Below, one piece after another: positions 1 through 9,039 of a DNA stretch of 52,739 nucleotides. This stretch comes from a virus. Taxonomy: Duplodnaviria > Caudoviricetes. Under the pieces are notes generated by a model. The model was given only the letters and a program-made list of their open reading frames with translations. It made no database searches and was not told the DNA's origin. Location of the stretch: IMG/VR virus record IMGVR_UViG_3300032125_000006, positions 1 through 52,739 of that record. One strand, written 5' to 3'. The stretch's first letter is position 1; each line of letters begins with the position of its first letter. The position numbers and the translations under genes were made by a program.

Positions 1-100
1 CTGGTCGCCGTGGCTGGCACATCGACAAAGGGATACCTATTGCCGTAATCCTGGCGCTCCTTGGCATAGCTTATGCCGGCGTGCAGCGGCTATCGGCACA
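1..100 (+). repeat. Terminal direct repeat, identical to 52640..52739 (assembly circularisation overlap)
   Basis: Base-by-base identity of 1..100 with 52640..52739; an ORF reads straight through the join. Confidence 0.97.
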
Positions 101-257
101 GGATGAGCGCATTAGTAAGGTCGAGCTAAGCGTTCAATATATTCAGCAGAGCAGAGTTATCGACCAAGGGCGCACTGAAAAGAAGTTCGATGAGCTAAAA
201 ACTGACCTGCGAACGATCAACTCAAAGCTCGACCGGATTATCGAAAGTGACCGATAG
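1..257 (+). CDS. Single-TM, coiled-coil lysis-cassette protein (holin/antiholin-like); starts at ATG 52630 and crosses the origin
   Basis: Manual translation MDDTGRRGWHIDKGIPIAVILALLGIAYAGVQRLSAQDERISKVELSVQY...KLDRIIESDR*. Overlaps the end of the endolysin; missing from the ORF track because it spans the join. Confidence 0.75.
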   Translation, partial: GRRGWHIDKGIPIAVILALLGIAYAGVQRLSAQDERISKVELSVQYIQQSRVIDQGRTEKKFDELKTDLRTINSKLDRIIESDR

Positions 258-468
258 CCACCCAAATCCAAACCAGTGGTGGTTTCACCGCCGAATGATG
301 GCCTACGCCAGCCTGCTCGGGCTTTATGTAATCCTCGCCCAGATGATGCTTGGCTCAATCAACACCGAACTGGTGCCGTTGGCCCAAACCCTGGCATGGG
401 TATTCTCCGCAAACCTTCTCTACTACTACGGCGGCAATGCTGTTGAGACCGTGAAGGGCAAGTCATGA
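247..468 (+). CDS. Two-TM holin-like protein
   Basis: Two hydrophobic helices; lies between endolysin and spanins. Confidence 0.65.
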   Translation: MTDSHPNPNQWWFHRRMMAYASLLGLYVILAQMMLGSINTELVPLAQTLAWVFSANLLYYYGGNAVETVKGKS

Positions 469-845
469 TCTTCGGACTGAAAGCCAAGCTGATTGCCAGT
501 GTCGTCGCTGTTACGGCGGCCTTTAGTGCCGGCTGGGTGGTAAACGGGAAGTTTGAAGACAGCAAGCAGTTAGCCGCAGTCACCGCACAGCAAGCACTGG
601 CAGACGAGATCAGGGCAGGCCAGGCCGACATAGCCACTTTGGTTGAAAGGCGCCTACGCGAGTTCAGGGGCAGCGAAAGAGTGATCGACAGGGGTGTAAT
701 CCGTGAGATCCAGACAACCACGTTTAAAAATGTGTGCATTCCTGTTGATTCCGATTCTTTCAGGATGCTCAACAATATCGCCCAAGGTCATTCTGCCAGC
801 AAATCTGACAGTCAAAGCGCCGGAGACTCTGCCCCTGCTAACTGA
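465..845 (+). CDS. Inner-membrane spanin (Rz-like)
   Basis: N-terminal TM anchor, helical periplasmic region, C-terminal Cys; position after the holins. Confidence 0.75.
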   Translation: MIFGLKAKLIASVVAVTAAFSAGWVVNGKFEDSKQLAAVTAQQALADEIRAGQADIATLVERRLREFRGSERVIDRGVIREIQTTTFKNVCIPVDSDSFRMLNNIAQGHSASKSDSQSAGDSAPAN

Positions 846-951
846 CGGAACCGGCGAAGATGTGGTTCTGACGATGCGGGCATGGGCCTACCAATATCAA
901 GAATGCGCGATTCAGCTTAATGGGCTGATTGATGCGATAGGAGCAAATTAA
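730..951 (+). CDS. Outer-membrane lipoprotein spanin (Rz1-like), overlapping the i-spanin in another frame
   Basis: ATG at 730 gives MCAFLLIPILSG-C with lipobox LSGC, a Pro-rich segment and a C-terminal YQECA motif. Confidence 0.75.
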   Translation: MCAFLLIPILSGCSTISPKVILPANLTVKAPETLPLLTDGTGEDVVLTMRAWAYQYQECAIQLNGLIDAIGAN

Positions 952-996
952 TGCCCGCCATTGCTGAGCCCAAGAGACTGTAAAGAAACCTGACAG

Positions 997-2052
997 TCAG
1001 CCCCGGTCTTTCGATAGTGTCAGGCGAGATAGGCGCGAAATCGCGGCAGGTAACCGGTTCGCGTATTGTTTGATAGCTTTACCTGTTGGCCTTTCGACCC
1101 ATCGATAAACGCCATAAGACGCCACAAACACCAATCCGATAGTAAGGCTCACTGCCAACCACTCAGGCAGACGCTCGGCGGACGCGTCAATGATCGCCTT
1201 GCCTGCTTTGTTATGAAGCAGGTACAGAGGATAAGTGAGAGCGCCGGCCAAAAAAATAGTTCGGTTGCCGCGAATAGAGATTCGACCAAGGGCAGACATT
1301 GCCAGCAAGACGCCCGCCAAGGCGACAATCGCCACGCAAACAAGTCGATCGTATATTGAAGGCGCCGACAGAAAGCCGTCGGCCGCTTGGAAAAGGTTAA
1401 AAGCGGCGAGCGCTGACGCAGTGGCTAAGATCGCGATGTTAAACCTACCGAACCCGTTTTTGCGAGCATGGTGTAGGGCAACGCCGACGATGAAGAACGG
1501 TGACCATACGGGAGTAATAAACCACCCCATAAACCACGGCTCGCCGATTGCAGCATGAACTACTGACAGAGCGGTCCAAGCGCTAAGCCAGACATTAAAG
1601 CGGTGGAATACGTTAAATAGGACCAGTAAAAATATACAGGCGTAGAACTTCAGCTCTGTCTGCAGCGTCCAGTAAACACCGTCAATATTTTTCTGCCCAA
1701 TGTAATCGTTAAGAAGTGTGAAGTTTGCCGCTACACGATACGGGCTAAAAACTTCTCCATTTGCCAGGTAGATCACGCCAATCGTTATTGCAATACAGAT
1801 CCAGAGTCCAGGGTATAACCGAGCAAAACGCGACACTCCGAACTCATAAGCAGTGCGGCCATTGGCGGATATGGCAATCACAAATCCGCTTAGCATAAAG
1901 AACACCGGAACGCCCAAGAAGCCAAACCGGGTTAGTTCTTCCAGCACCTCAAAAGAAGATTCTGGCCTGGCTGTTAGGTGATAGAGCATCACGGCGAAGG
2001 CGGCAAAGAACCGGATCAGGTCGAGAATGTGAAAACGGTTTTCCTTAGGCAT
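997..2052 (-). CDS. Acyltransferase-3 (OafA/Oac-like) membrane O-acyltransferase; probable lysogenic-conversion moron
   Basis: Motifs LDLIRFFAAFAVMLYH, GVPVFFMLSGFVI, RFARLYP, YWTLQTELKFY, TYPLYLLH, YRWVERP; about 10 TM helices. AAGGAG RBS before MPKEN at 2052; antisense to the late operon. Confidence 0.92.
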   Translation of the reverse strand: MPKENRFHILDLIRFFAAFAVMLYHLTARPESSFEVLEELTRFGFLGVPVFFMLSGFVIAISANGRTAYEFGVSRFARLYPGLWICIAITIGVIYLANGEVFSPYRVAANFTLLNDYIGQKNIDGVYWTLQTELKFYACIFLLVLFNVFHRFNVWLSAWTALSVVHAAIGEPWFMGWFITPVWSPFFIVGVALHHARKNGFGRFNIAILATASALAAFNLFQAADGFLSAPSIYDRLVCVAIVALAGVLLAMSALGRISIRGNRTIFLAGALTYPLYLLHNKAGKAIIDASAERLPEWLAVSLTIGLVFVASYGVYRWVERPTGKAIKQYANRLPAAISRLSRLTLSKDRG

Positions 2053-2187
2053 TGAAAGCTCCTTCTTCAATCTCGCTGCAAATATCGGGCCGAAACCTGC
2101 CAAGAGGCCATGAGGGCCGCGCCAGTCCTTCGCGAAAAATAAGGCTGTAATAAATCCTGACACATTTCATCAAAAGAGCGCCTAAAA

Positions 2188-3186
2188 ATGGCTACATCTG
2201 ACAGCCCAAAGAGCATTGCCGCAACGCGAACGCTGCAAGTGGCGAAGGCTGCCGCGCCGGCCACAGGATCTGCCCAGATAACCATCTCTGGTACTGGCTT
2301 CGGCACACGAACCGCCGCTTATAACCATTACATCAATTACAACGATGTAGCGGACGGAACTGCACATCCTGCCCTTGGATACGTAGAGTCTAACTCTAGC
2401 GTGTACCCAACGGTAGAGAGTAACGACTCCCACGACGGCGGGAAAAGCTTAGAAGGGTTTTATCCAGCAGTCGGCAATTTTTTCCCCAAACTGCGTAGAA
2501 ATTTCACGCCTATTGAGCAGATATACGGGGCGTTCTGGTTTAAATGGACGCCGCCGGCACAGGGGGCTCCAGTAACGGATGTGGGGATATTCAAATTATT
2601 CAGGACAGGTTTCACAAACTACAACGGATACCCGCGCGCCGTGGAAACCATTCGCAGTAGTGGGAGCGGGGTGCAGACCAGCTCAGACACAGGGGTCTTT
2701 AGAGATGACGCAACAAATTCTTACGACTTTGTAGGTAATAGTGATTATTTAAAAGACGCTGGGCAGTGGCATTTCTGCGAGTATTTTTTCAAGCTATCTA
2801 CTCCCGGCCAGCCCGACGGCGTATGGGCCGGCTGGACAAACGGCAAGCCTTCGTTTTTTGACTTTGCAGCCATAACGCGGTTTCAGTCGGACTCGCGAAT
2901 CAACTTTTTTATCAACATGTTCGATGGCCGGGACAGGGACGCGTTCGATATGACCGTCTACCAGTCCGAAGAGTACGTGTCTAGCGCCCGCGCCCGCGTA
3001 ATCATCACCGATAACGCCGACTACAGCTTATCCACAACCTGGCAAATTCAACCAGTAGTCTCATGGTCTGACAGCTCGATTGTGGTTGCTAGGCAACAAG
3101 GGGCTTTGTCCTTGGGCACCAACTACGCGCACATATTCAACGAATCAGACCAGCTGGTTGATAGCCAGGCGGTAGAGTTTAACTAA
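2188..3186 (+). CDS. Putative glycan-binding/polysaccharide-lyase-like jelly-roll protein with IPT/TIG-like termini
   Basis: ITISGTGFG near the N-terminus and VVSWSDSSIVV near the C-terminus; aromatic-rich core (GQWHFCEYFFKLSTPGQPDGVWAGWTNG) typical of ConA/PL-like folds. Confidence 0.5.
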   Translation: MATSDSPKSIAATRTLQVAKAAAPATGSAQITISGTGFGTRTAAYNHYINYNDVADGTAHPALGYVESNSSVYPTVESNDSHDGGKSLEGFYPAVGNFFPKLRRNFTPIEQIYGAFWFKWTPPAQGAPVTDVGIFKLFRTGFTNYNGYPRAVETIRSSGSGVQTSSDTGVFRDDATNSYDFVGNSDYLKDAGQWHFCEYFFKLSTPGQPDGVWAGWTNGKPSFFDFAAITRFQSDSRINFFINMFDGRDRDAFDMTVYQSEEYVSSARARVIITDNADYSLSTTWQIQPVVSWSDSSIVVARQQGALSLGTNYAHIFNESDQLVDSQAVEFN

Positions 3187-3203
3187 TTCAAGAGGCATTC
3201 GGT

Positions 3204-4352
3204 ATGAGTGGATCATTCGATTTTACATCGGGCTTTGCAGGATCGCCTCTTGCGATTAACCAGAGCCTCACTATCTCTGCTTGGGTTAAGCCTCTTGCCG
3301 ACATAGCGGCGGACGCCACCGTCGCGGGCAGCTTCCAGTTGGCGGCCAATGGCTCTGATAGGGCCATCCTTAAAGCCCTCTCAACCCAGCAAGCACAAGC
3401 GTACCTTTTTCAAAGCGGTGGAGGCGCCGCAGTCTCTCAAAATTCAGTATCTACCCTCACTACAGGCGTCTGGAGCCCTATCACTGCACGATTTAACGGC
3501 GATGGGGGGACATCACCGGCAAGATTGCAAGAAGTGTATTTCTCTGGAGCGCTTGAATCCGGGGCCTCATCAAATGCTCGCCTTCTTAACGGCCAGGAAA
3601 TTGGAATAGGCCGGAAGCCTTCAGGTGCTGACAATTTTCCGGGGCTGATTACCAGAATAAGCTTTTGGTCTGCCGATATTAGTGCGGCAAAGATAGCGCA
3701 GTTAGCAGACCCCTCTTTCGATCCTCTATCAGAGCCCACAAGCTTATTTGCTTACTACGATGGCACATCCTTCGATGACGCTGGAACGCTAAAGCTACAA
3801 GACATGAGCGGAAACGCCCGCCATCTAACCCTATCCGGTGCGGTGGCCTCTACCGATGAGCCGGGGACAGGCTACACCCAACGCAAAGGCTCCACGTTCG
3901 ACGTAACCCACACCCTCGGAACAATCACTACCGCAACGCTCAACGGCACCGCTATCACGATCAACACCACCGGCGCAGGCACGGTGAATCTGACGGATAT
4001 TAGCGGCATTGCAACCTCCGGCGAATACAATCTGGTTTTGGGCGATGGCACGGGCACTGAGACTTACACGGTTCAGCTTAATGTCGTGGGCTTGGCGAGC
4101 TACAACATCAACAAGGATGGCGCGGATCAAGCAAGTTTGGCAGATGTTGAGTTTATCGTAATGACCGGAGCAGCCGGCAGTCGCGTAATTGCTGAACAGA
4201 TCACTGGCGTGACGACGGATGTAAGCGGCAATACCGGTGCGATTGAAATAACCGATGTAAGCATGAACGCCGATGACGTTGTGACGATTTTGCAGCAAAG
4301 CGCGACGGTTGGCGGCGGACTTCCACATAGCGCGACCTTGGTGGCTCTCTGA
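3204..4352 (+). CDS. LamG/concanavalin-A-like domain protein with a Thr/Gly-rich beta-strand C-terminus
   Basis: LTISAWVKP, GVWSPIT, IGIG...FPGLITRISFWS, and LFAYY...LQDMSGNARHLT are LamG-like motifs. Confidence 0.75.
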   Translation: MSGSFDFTSGFAGSPLAINQSLTISAWVKPLADIAADATVAGSFQLAANGSDRAILKALSTQQAQAYLFQSGGGAAVSQNSVSTLTTGVWSPITARFNGDGGTSPARLQEVYFSGALESGASSNARLLNGQEIGIGRKPSGADNFPGLITRISFWSADISAAKIAQLADPSFDPLSEPTSLFAYYDGTSFDDAGTLKLQDMSGNARHLTLSGAVASTDEPGTGYTQRKGSTFDVTHTLGTITTATLNGTAITINTTGAGTVNLTDISGIATSGEYNLVLGDGTGTETYTVQLNVVGLASYNINKDGADQASLADVEFIVMTGAAGSRVIAEQITGVTTDVSGNTGAIEITDVSMNADDVVTILQQSATVGGGLPHSATLVAL

Positions 4353-6436
4353 TGATCGTCAATTACGGGTCAGCCAGCGGGCAGGTCGTTGAGTATGGGT
4401 ATACCGGGGCTTTCACAGCCGGCCCCGGACTGACTGCCGATGCGTCAACAGTTGAGAGCCAGGTTACCAGCTTCTTCCTGACTGGCAACTCGGCCGCCCC
4501 GACGCAGGCCCGACTGAACGGCACCGTGTTGACGCTGACGGACGCCACAGGCGGCGAGTTCACCTTCCCTGCACCGTTGCTGCCCGATCCGACCAGTGGC
4601 ATTGTGGCCACGCTTGAAGTAGATGTTGACGGCTTCACAAAAACCGTCGATATCGCTTACACCAACACCTTTCCTTACAGCCCGGAGCACGGCGAGCCAG
4701 ATAAGCTTTCGGTGCTGTTCGGTGTTGAATTGGCCAGCACTCAACCGTATGAGCTAAAAATCACCTCAGAGCCTGACCCTGCTGTAATGACCGTGGACTG
4801 GGATCAGATCGAGGCGGATGGCGCTTGGCTCTCTGACATCACACCCTACATTACGCTGGCCTCCGGGCTTGAAAACGGCACCGCCTCAGTTGGCCTCGAA
4901 GTCTACACCACAGAAACCGGCGCGGTTGACCCCTTTACCCGGACGATTGAGGATTTGGGGCCGAATGGCACCGTTACGATTGACTTAATCACCGAATCCC
5001 GCAACGGGGCAACGATAAGCTTCGGCTATGACCGCGCGGACGCTGACGGCTTCAAGTACAGCATTGATCAGGGTGTAACGTGGGTTATCACGTCAAGCCC
5101 GACAGAGCTTAGCGGCCTAACATCGTCAACGCCTTATGATTATTGGGTTACGGCCTACAACGCCGACGCCAATGGCATCATCACCAAAACCTCATTCACC
5201 ACTTTGGCTGGAGTGGACACAAAGCCAGGCGCCTTCACGGTTATTAACCGGACCGGGGTAGCGCTCTCTACAGTCGACACACCGAATACCGTGATATTCA
5301 CACCGGTTACCGTTCGGGACGTGGATGCAGCCACGGATGTACCTGTTTCTGTATCGGGTGATACCGGCAGCAAGTACCGCGTTTCTACTGACGGTGGCAG
5401 CACTTGGGGCGCATGGACAACCACTCCAACCAACGTTCGACTGAACTACCAGATTCAGGTACAGCATGACGCTAGTCAAGAATACTCATCTGGAGGCTAT
5501 GACGGCGTTCGCAGCACAGCGCTGGATGCCGGGACCACTATTGGCACGTTCACCAGTACCACGATTGCTGACACGGTTGCCCCGGTTATATCGCCCCAGG
5601 GCGGTAACTTGCAGTGGACTCAGGGAGTGCCTTGGGTAGATCCCGGTTACTCAGCAACCGATAACGCGGACGGCCCAATCCCAGTAGGTGACATTAGCGC
5701 AGAGGTGCCGAATGTTAATACGGTTGGCCCGCAGCAGATTGCTTATAGCGCAACAGACCTGTCGGGCAACGTGGGAACGGCATCAAGAACAGTGACCGTA
5801 GTGGTTGCGGTGCCGAGCGACACCACGAAGCCAGTCATCACATTGGATGGCGGCAACGTCACACTGACCGAGGGCGAGCCTTGGGTTGAACCGGGCTACA
5901 GTGCGTTTGACCTGGTGAGCGGGGTGTTGACTGATTCGGTGAATGTCACCGACACGGTGAATACCGCCGTGCCAGGACCGTACACCGTCACTTACTCGGT
6001 AAGCGATGAAGCCGGAAACCTCACCACGGCCACGCGAACCGTTACCGTCGTATCTGCTGTGGTGTATCCGTATGACCAGGAAGCTCCAGCCAGGCGCACC
6101 ACCGTCGCTAATCGTTACAGCATTTACCAGAACGACGGCCAGATTATGATTATGCAGCCCGGCGAGGTTCTGGATTTTGATTACGACCTGACCGATTGGC
6201 TGTCTACCGAATCCGACCAGATTGCCACCAGCCAGTATGAAACCTACGAGATTTCACCGGCACTCACAGTTCTTGGCACAGGCCAGGTAACAGGTAGTGA
6301 CCGCATTAAGGTCTGGCTTCGTGCCGGCGACGTGGTTGACGCCGACTCGTCCCTAGTTCAACTGTCCGTCACCACCACAGGCGCCCGCCGAGCTGCGTTT
6401 CAGTTTCGGGTGCTCATCATTAATCGGATGCAGTAA
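4352..6436 (+). CDS. Ig-like/Fn3 repeat fibre or decoration protein with a C-terminal fibre-adaptor-like domain
   Basis: Fn3 motif LSGLTSSTPYDYWVTAYN; two DUF5011-like Ig repeats (DTVAPVI..WVDPGYSATDNADG and DTTKPVI..WVEPGYSAFD); C-terminal PGEVLDFDYDLTDWL. Confidence 0.7.
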   Translation: MIVNYGSASGQVVEYGYTGAFTAGPGLTADASTVESQVTSFFLTGNSAAPTQARLNGTVLTLTDATGGEFTFPAPLLPDPTSGIVATLEVDVDGFTKTVDIAYTNTFPYSPEHGEPDKLSVLFGVELASTQPYELKITSEPDPAVMTVDWDQIEADGAWLSDITPYITLASGLENGTASVGLEVYTTETGAVDPFTRTIEDLGPNGTVTIDLITESRNGATISFGYDRADADGFKYSIDQGVTWVITSSPTELSGLTSSTPYDYWVTAYNADANGIITKTSFTTLAGVDTKPGAFTVINRTGVALSTVDTPNTVIFTPVTVRDVDAATDVPVSVSGDTGSKYRVSTDGGSTWGAWTTTPTNVRLNYQIQVQHDASQEYSSGGYDGVRSTALDAGTTIGTFTSTTIADTVAPVISPQGGNLQWTQGVPWVDPGYSATDNADGPIPVGDISAEVPNVNTVGPQQIAYSATDLSGNVGTASRTVTVVVAVPSDTTKPVITLDGGNVTLTEGEPWVEPGYSAFDLVSGVLTDSVNVTDTVNTAVPGPYTVTYSVSDEAGNLTTATRTVTVVSAVVYPYDQEAPARRTTVANRYSIYQNDGQIMIMQPGEVLDFDYDLTDWLSTESDQIATSQYETYEISPALTVLGTGQVTGSDRIKVWLRAGDVVDADSSLVQLSVTTTGARRAAFQFRVLIINRMQ

Positions 6437-7017
6437 TGGCGCAAACCCGAAACCTAAAGCCCGGGCCGGTGCTGCGGGAAAAGCTGATTCGCTTTGCCGA
6501 CCTCTATCGCGGCAGTCCAGACCCCAGGCTTCGCGGCAACAAAACGGCTTGCTACATGGCCATCCACCCGCGCTGCAAGAAATATACGTCTGCGTCACCG
6601 AAAGCGTGTGAGTATTTCAATCACCCGATTGTTCAAGAGCGACTACAGGAAACGCTGGACGCTGTTAGTCGGGAATCTGACATCACTCAAAAGCGTGTGC
6701 TGCAAGAGATTGCCCGCATCGGCCTCTTTGATCCTCGCAAGTTGTTCGATAACACCGGGGCGCCGCTACCTATTACCAAACTGGACGACGATGTGGCGGC
6801 AGCAATTTCCGGCATTAAAGTCATGCAGACAGGTGGCGGCGGTGAGGGTGAATCACCCGGCACCGTGATTGAGTACAAGATTGCTGACAAGAACAGCGCC
6901 CTTGAAAAGCTGATGAAATACTTGGGGGCTTATGAGAAGGACAATACTCAAAAATTGGGTTCGCTGGCTGACGCTTTGATTGCCGGCATCAACCGAACAA
7001 AAGAGCTAGATGAGTGA
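6436..7017 (+). CDS. terS: Terminase small subunit
   Basis: ITQKRVLQEIARIG..DPRKLFD and KIADKNSALEKLMKYLG (Terminase_2-like); directly upstream of TerL. Confidence 0.88.
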   Translation: MAQTRNLKPGPVLREKLIRFADLYRGSPDPRLRGNKTACYMAIHPRCKKYTSASPKACEYFNHPIVQERLQETLDAVSRESDITQKRVLQEIARIGLFDPRKLFDNTGAPLPITKLDDDVAAAISGIKVMQTGGGGEGESPGTVIEYKIADKNSALEKLMKYLGAYEKDNTQKLGSLADALIAGINRTKELDE

Positions 7018-8464
7018 TATTGGCGAGCTGCAGTTACGCGACGAAATTGCGAAGTGCTGGGACGACCCGTTGCGCTTCGTCTTGCTCGTGTTTCCGTGGG
7101 GCGTCCCCGGCACGGCGCTTGAGAAATTCCCGGACGGCCCGGACGAATGGCAGCGAGGGCAGCTGAACGCGATCCGTGACCATATCCGCAGCGGCACGAA
7201 AGTCGCTATGCGAGATGCCACAACCTCAGGCCACGGCATCGGCAAGTCGGCTGAAACAGCCTGGATTATATTGTGGTTCTGCAGCACCCGGCCTCATTGC
7301 GCAGGGCGTATCACCGCAGGCACACAGGCTCAGCTTAACAGCACCACATGGCGGGAGCTGTCCGTCTGGCACAAGCGAGCCGTCAACAAGCACTGGTTCA
7401 GTTGGACTGCCACCCGATTTTCTGCCATCGAAAGCCCAGAAACATGGGGCGTAACGGCCGTGGCTTGGAGCGAGAACAACTCCGACGCCTTCGCCGGCCT
7501 ACACGCCGAAGATGTACTGGTCATCTATGACGAAGCCAGCGCCATAGCGGATGCGATCTGGGAAGTTTCAGAAGGCGCCATGACCACGCCCGGGGCGTTC
7601 TGGCTGGTATATGGCAACCCGGTCCGAAATACCGGCCGATTCCGTGAATGCTTCCGTTCCATGCGTCACCGATGGCTGAACAGGCAAGTTGACTCACGCA
7701 CTTGCCGGATGACCAACAAGCTGGAAATCCAGCAATGGCTTGAAGACTACGGCGAAGATTCCGACTTTTTCCGCGTCCGCGTCAAGGGCGAGTTCCCTCG
7801 CGTTTCGGACAACCAGTTTATCAGCGAAGATCTGGTTAGGCAGGCGCAACAACGAGAACAGCCAATACAGGTGTTTGCCCACTACCCGCTCATCATGGGC
7901 GTGGATGTGGCGCGATTCGGAAACGACCAGTCCGTTATTACTTTACGACAAGGCCCAAAGATCCATTATCAGCACGCTTACCGTGGATTGGACACTGTAG
8001 AGGTGGCCGACAAGGCCCGCGAACTGTACCTGGATCAAGGGCGCGTGGCCGCAATCTGCGTGGATGGCCCGGGCGTTGGCGGAGGCGTTGTCGATCAGCT
8101 TAAACGCTTTAATCTGCCAGTTATTGATGTGCAGCCAGCAGGTACAGCACCCGACCCAAAGGAATTTATCAACATGCGCGCCTGGATGTGGGGGCAAATC
8201 AAGACGTGGCTGGATGATGCCGACTTACCGCCCGGCGACCGCGATCTAATGGACGACTTGACGACCATCGAGTACGGCTACGACAAAAAACTGCGCATCC
8301 AGATGGAGAGCAAAAAAGATATGAAGTCTCGCGGCGTACCAAGCCCGGATAAGGCTGACAGTCTGGCGCTCACCTTTCACCCGATTGATTCCGTTTTGCG
8401 GCTGAACTGGACGGCACGATCCAATCGTCCGGCGAAGCGCGGCAACTGGGCAGCACACACGTAG
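7010..8464 (+). CDS. terL: Terminase large subunit
   Basis: Walker A SGHGIGKS, Walker B VIYDEA, nuclease motifs GVDVARFGND and PDKADSLAL. Confidence 0.97.
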   Translation: MSDIGELQLRDEIAKCWDDPLRFVLLVFPWGVPGTALEKFPDGPDEWQRGQLNAIRDHIRSGTKVAMRDATTSGHGIGKSAETAWIILWFCSTRPHCAGRITAGTQAQLNSTTWRELSVWHKRAVNKHWFSWTATRFSAIESPETWGVTAVAWSENNSDAFAGLHAEDVLVIYDEASAIADAIWEVSEGAMTTPGAFWLVYGNPVRNTGRFRECFRSMRHRWLNRQVDSRTCRMTNKLEIQQWLEDYGEDSDFFRVRVKGEFPRVSDNQFISEDLVRQAQQREQPIQVFAHYPLIMGVDVARFGNDQSVITLRQGPKIHYQHAYRGLDTVEVADKARELYLDQGRVAAICVDGPGVGGGVVDQLKRFNLPVIDVQPAGTAPDPKEFINMRAWMWGQIKTWLDDADLPPGDRDLMDDLTTIEYGYDKKLRIQMESKKDMKSRGVPSPDKADSLALTFHPIDSVLRLNWTARSNRPAKRGNWAAHT

Positions 8465-8472
8465 GAGTAATT

Positions 8473-8628
8473 ATGCGCGATTCCTTAAAGTTTCTATTTG
8501 GCGGCTACTGGAGTGACGGTGACAGCAACGCCGTTGGTGGCCGTGCAACGCTTGTTTTTGTTTGGCTGATGCTGTCGTTCACGGGCTTCTCGATAGCCGT
8601 TATTGCGCTCGCCTTACTTGGCTACTGA
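8473..8628 (+). CDS. Small membrane protein (51 aa), not in the ORF track
   Basis: AGGAG RBS, then MRDSLKFLFGGYWSDGDSNAVGGRATLVFVWLMLSFTGFSIAVIALALLGY*. Confidence 0.6.
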   Translation: MRDSLKFLFGGYWSDGDSNAVGGRATLVFVWLMLSFTGFSIAVIALALLGY

Positions 8629-8651
8629 TTTACTGACACCAAAGGACAACC

Positions 8652-9038
8652 ATGGCCATTCTTGAATCAAACAAACCCGTGAGCCTGACCCAGCGGGAAG
8701 TTGCCGTAGTGGTCGCTCAGGCGGTGGCTAAAGCGGCACTGCCCATTCCATCCGGCAAGTTCCGCAACGACGTGGACCACATTCAGATTGATCCGATCGT
8801 CCTTGAAGCCAAGGTAACCCAGCCCAAGCCGGGCATTCGCCTGCAGTTTGAGGTGGAAGGTGGCTATGGCATTACCCTGAACGTCAAGCTGGAGGAATTT
8901 GAAGCAAGCCCGGTGGCGTATCTCCAAGACCTGTTCAAGCAACTTCACCCCATGCTCAGAAATTGCCAGCGATTGCGCAACAACAAGCGACTGATGAATC
9001 AAGCCATGTACGACATTCTAACGGAAGGGGTTGCGTAA
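8652..9038 (+). CDS. Hypothetical protein
   Basis: AAGGA RBS; fills the gap before the portal. Confidence 0.7.
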   Translation: MAILESNKPVSLTQREVAVVVAQAVAKAALPIPSGKFRNDVDHIQIDPIVLEAKVTQPKPGIRLQFEVEGGYGITLNVKLEEFEASPVAYLQDLFKQLHPMLRNCQRLRNNKRLMNQAMYDILTEGVA

Positions 9039-9039
9039 T

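Noticed and set aside
978-996. CTGT...ACAG downstream of the spanins as an SOS box
   Set aside because: The spacer is 11 nt rather than 8; more likely a hairpin between convergent genes.
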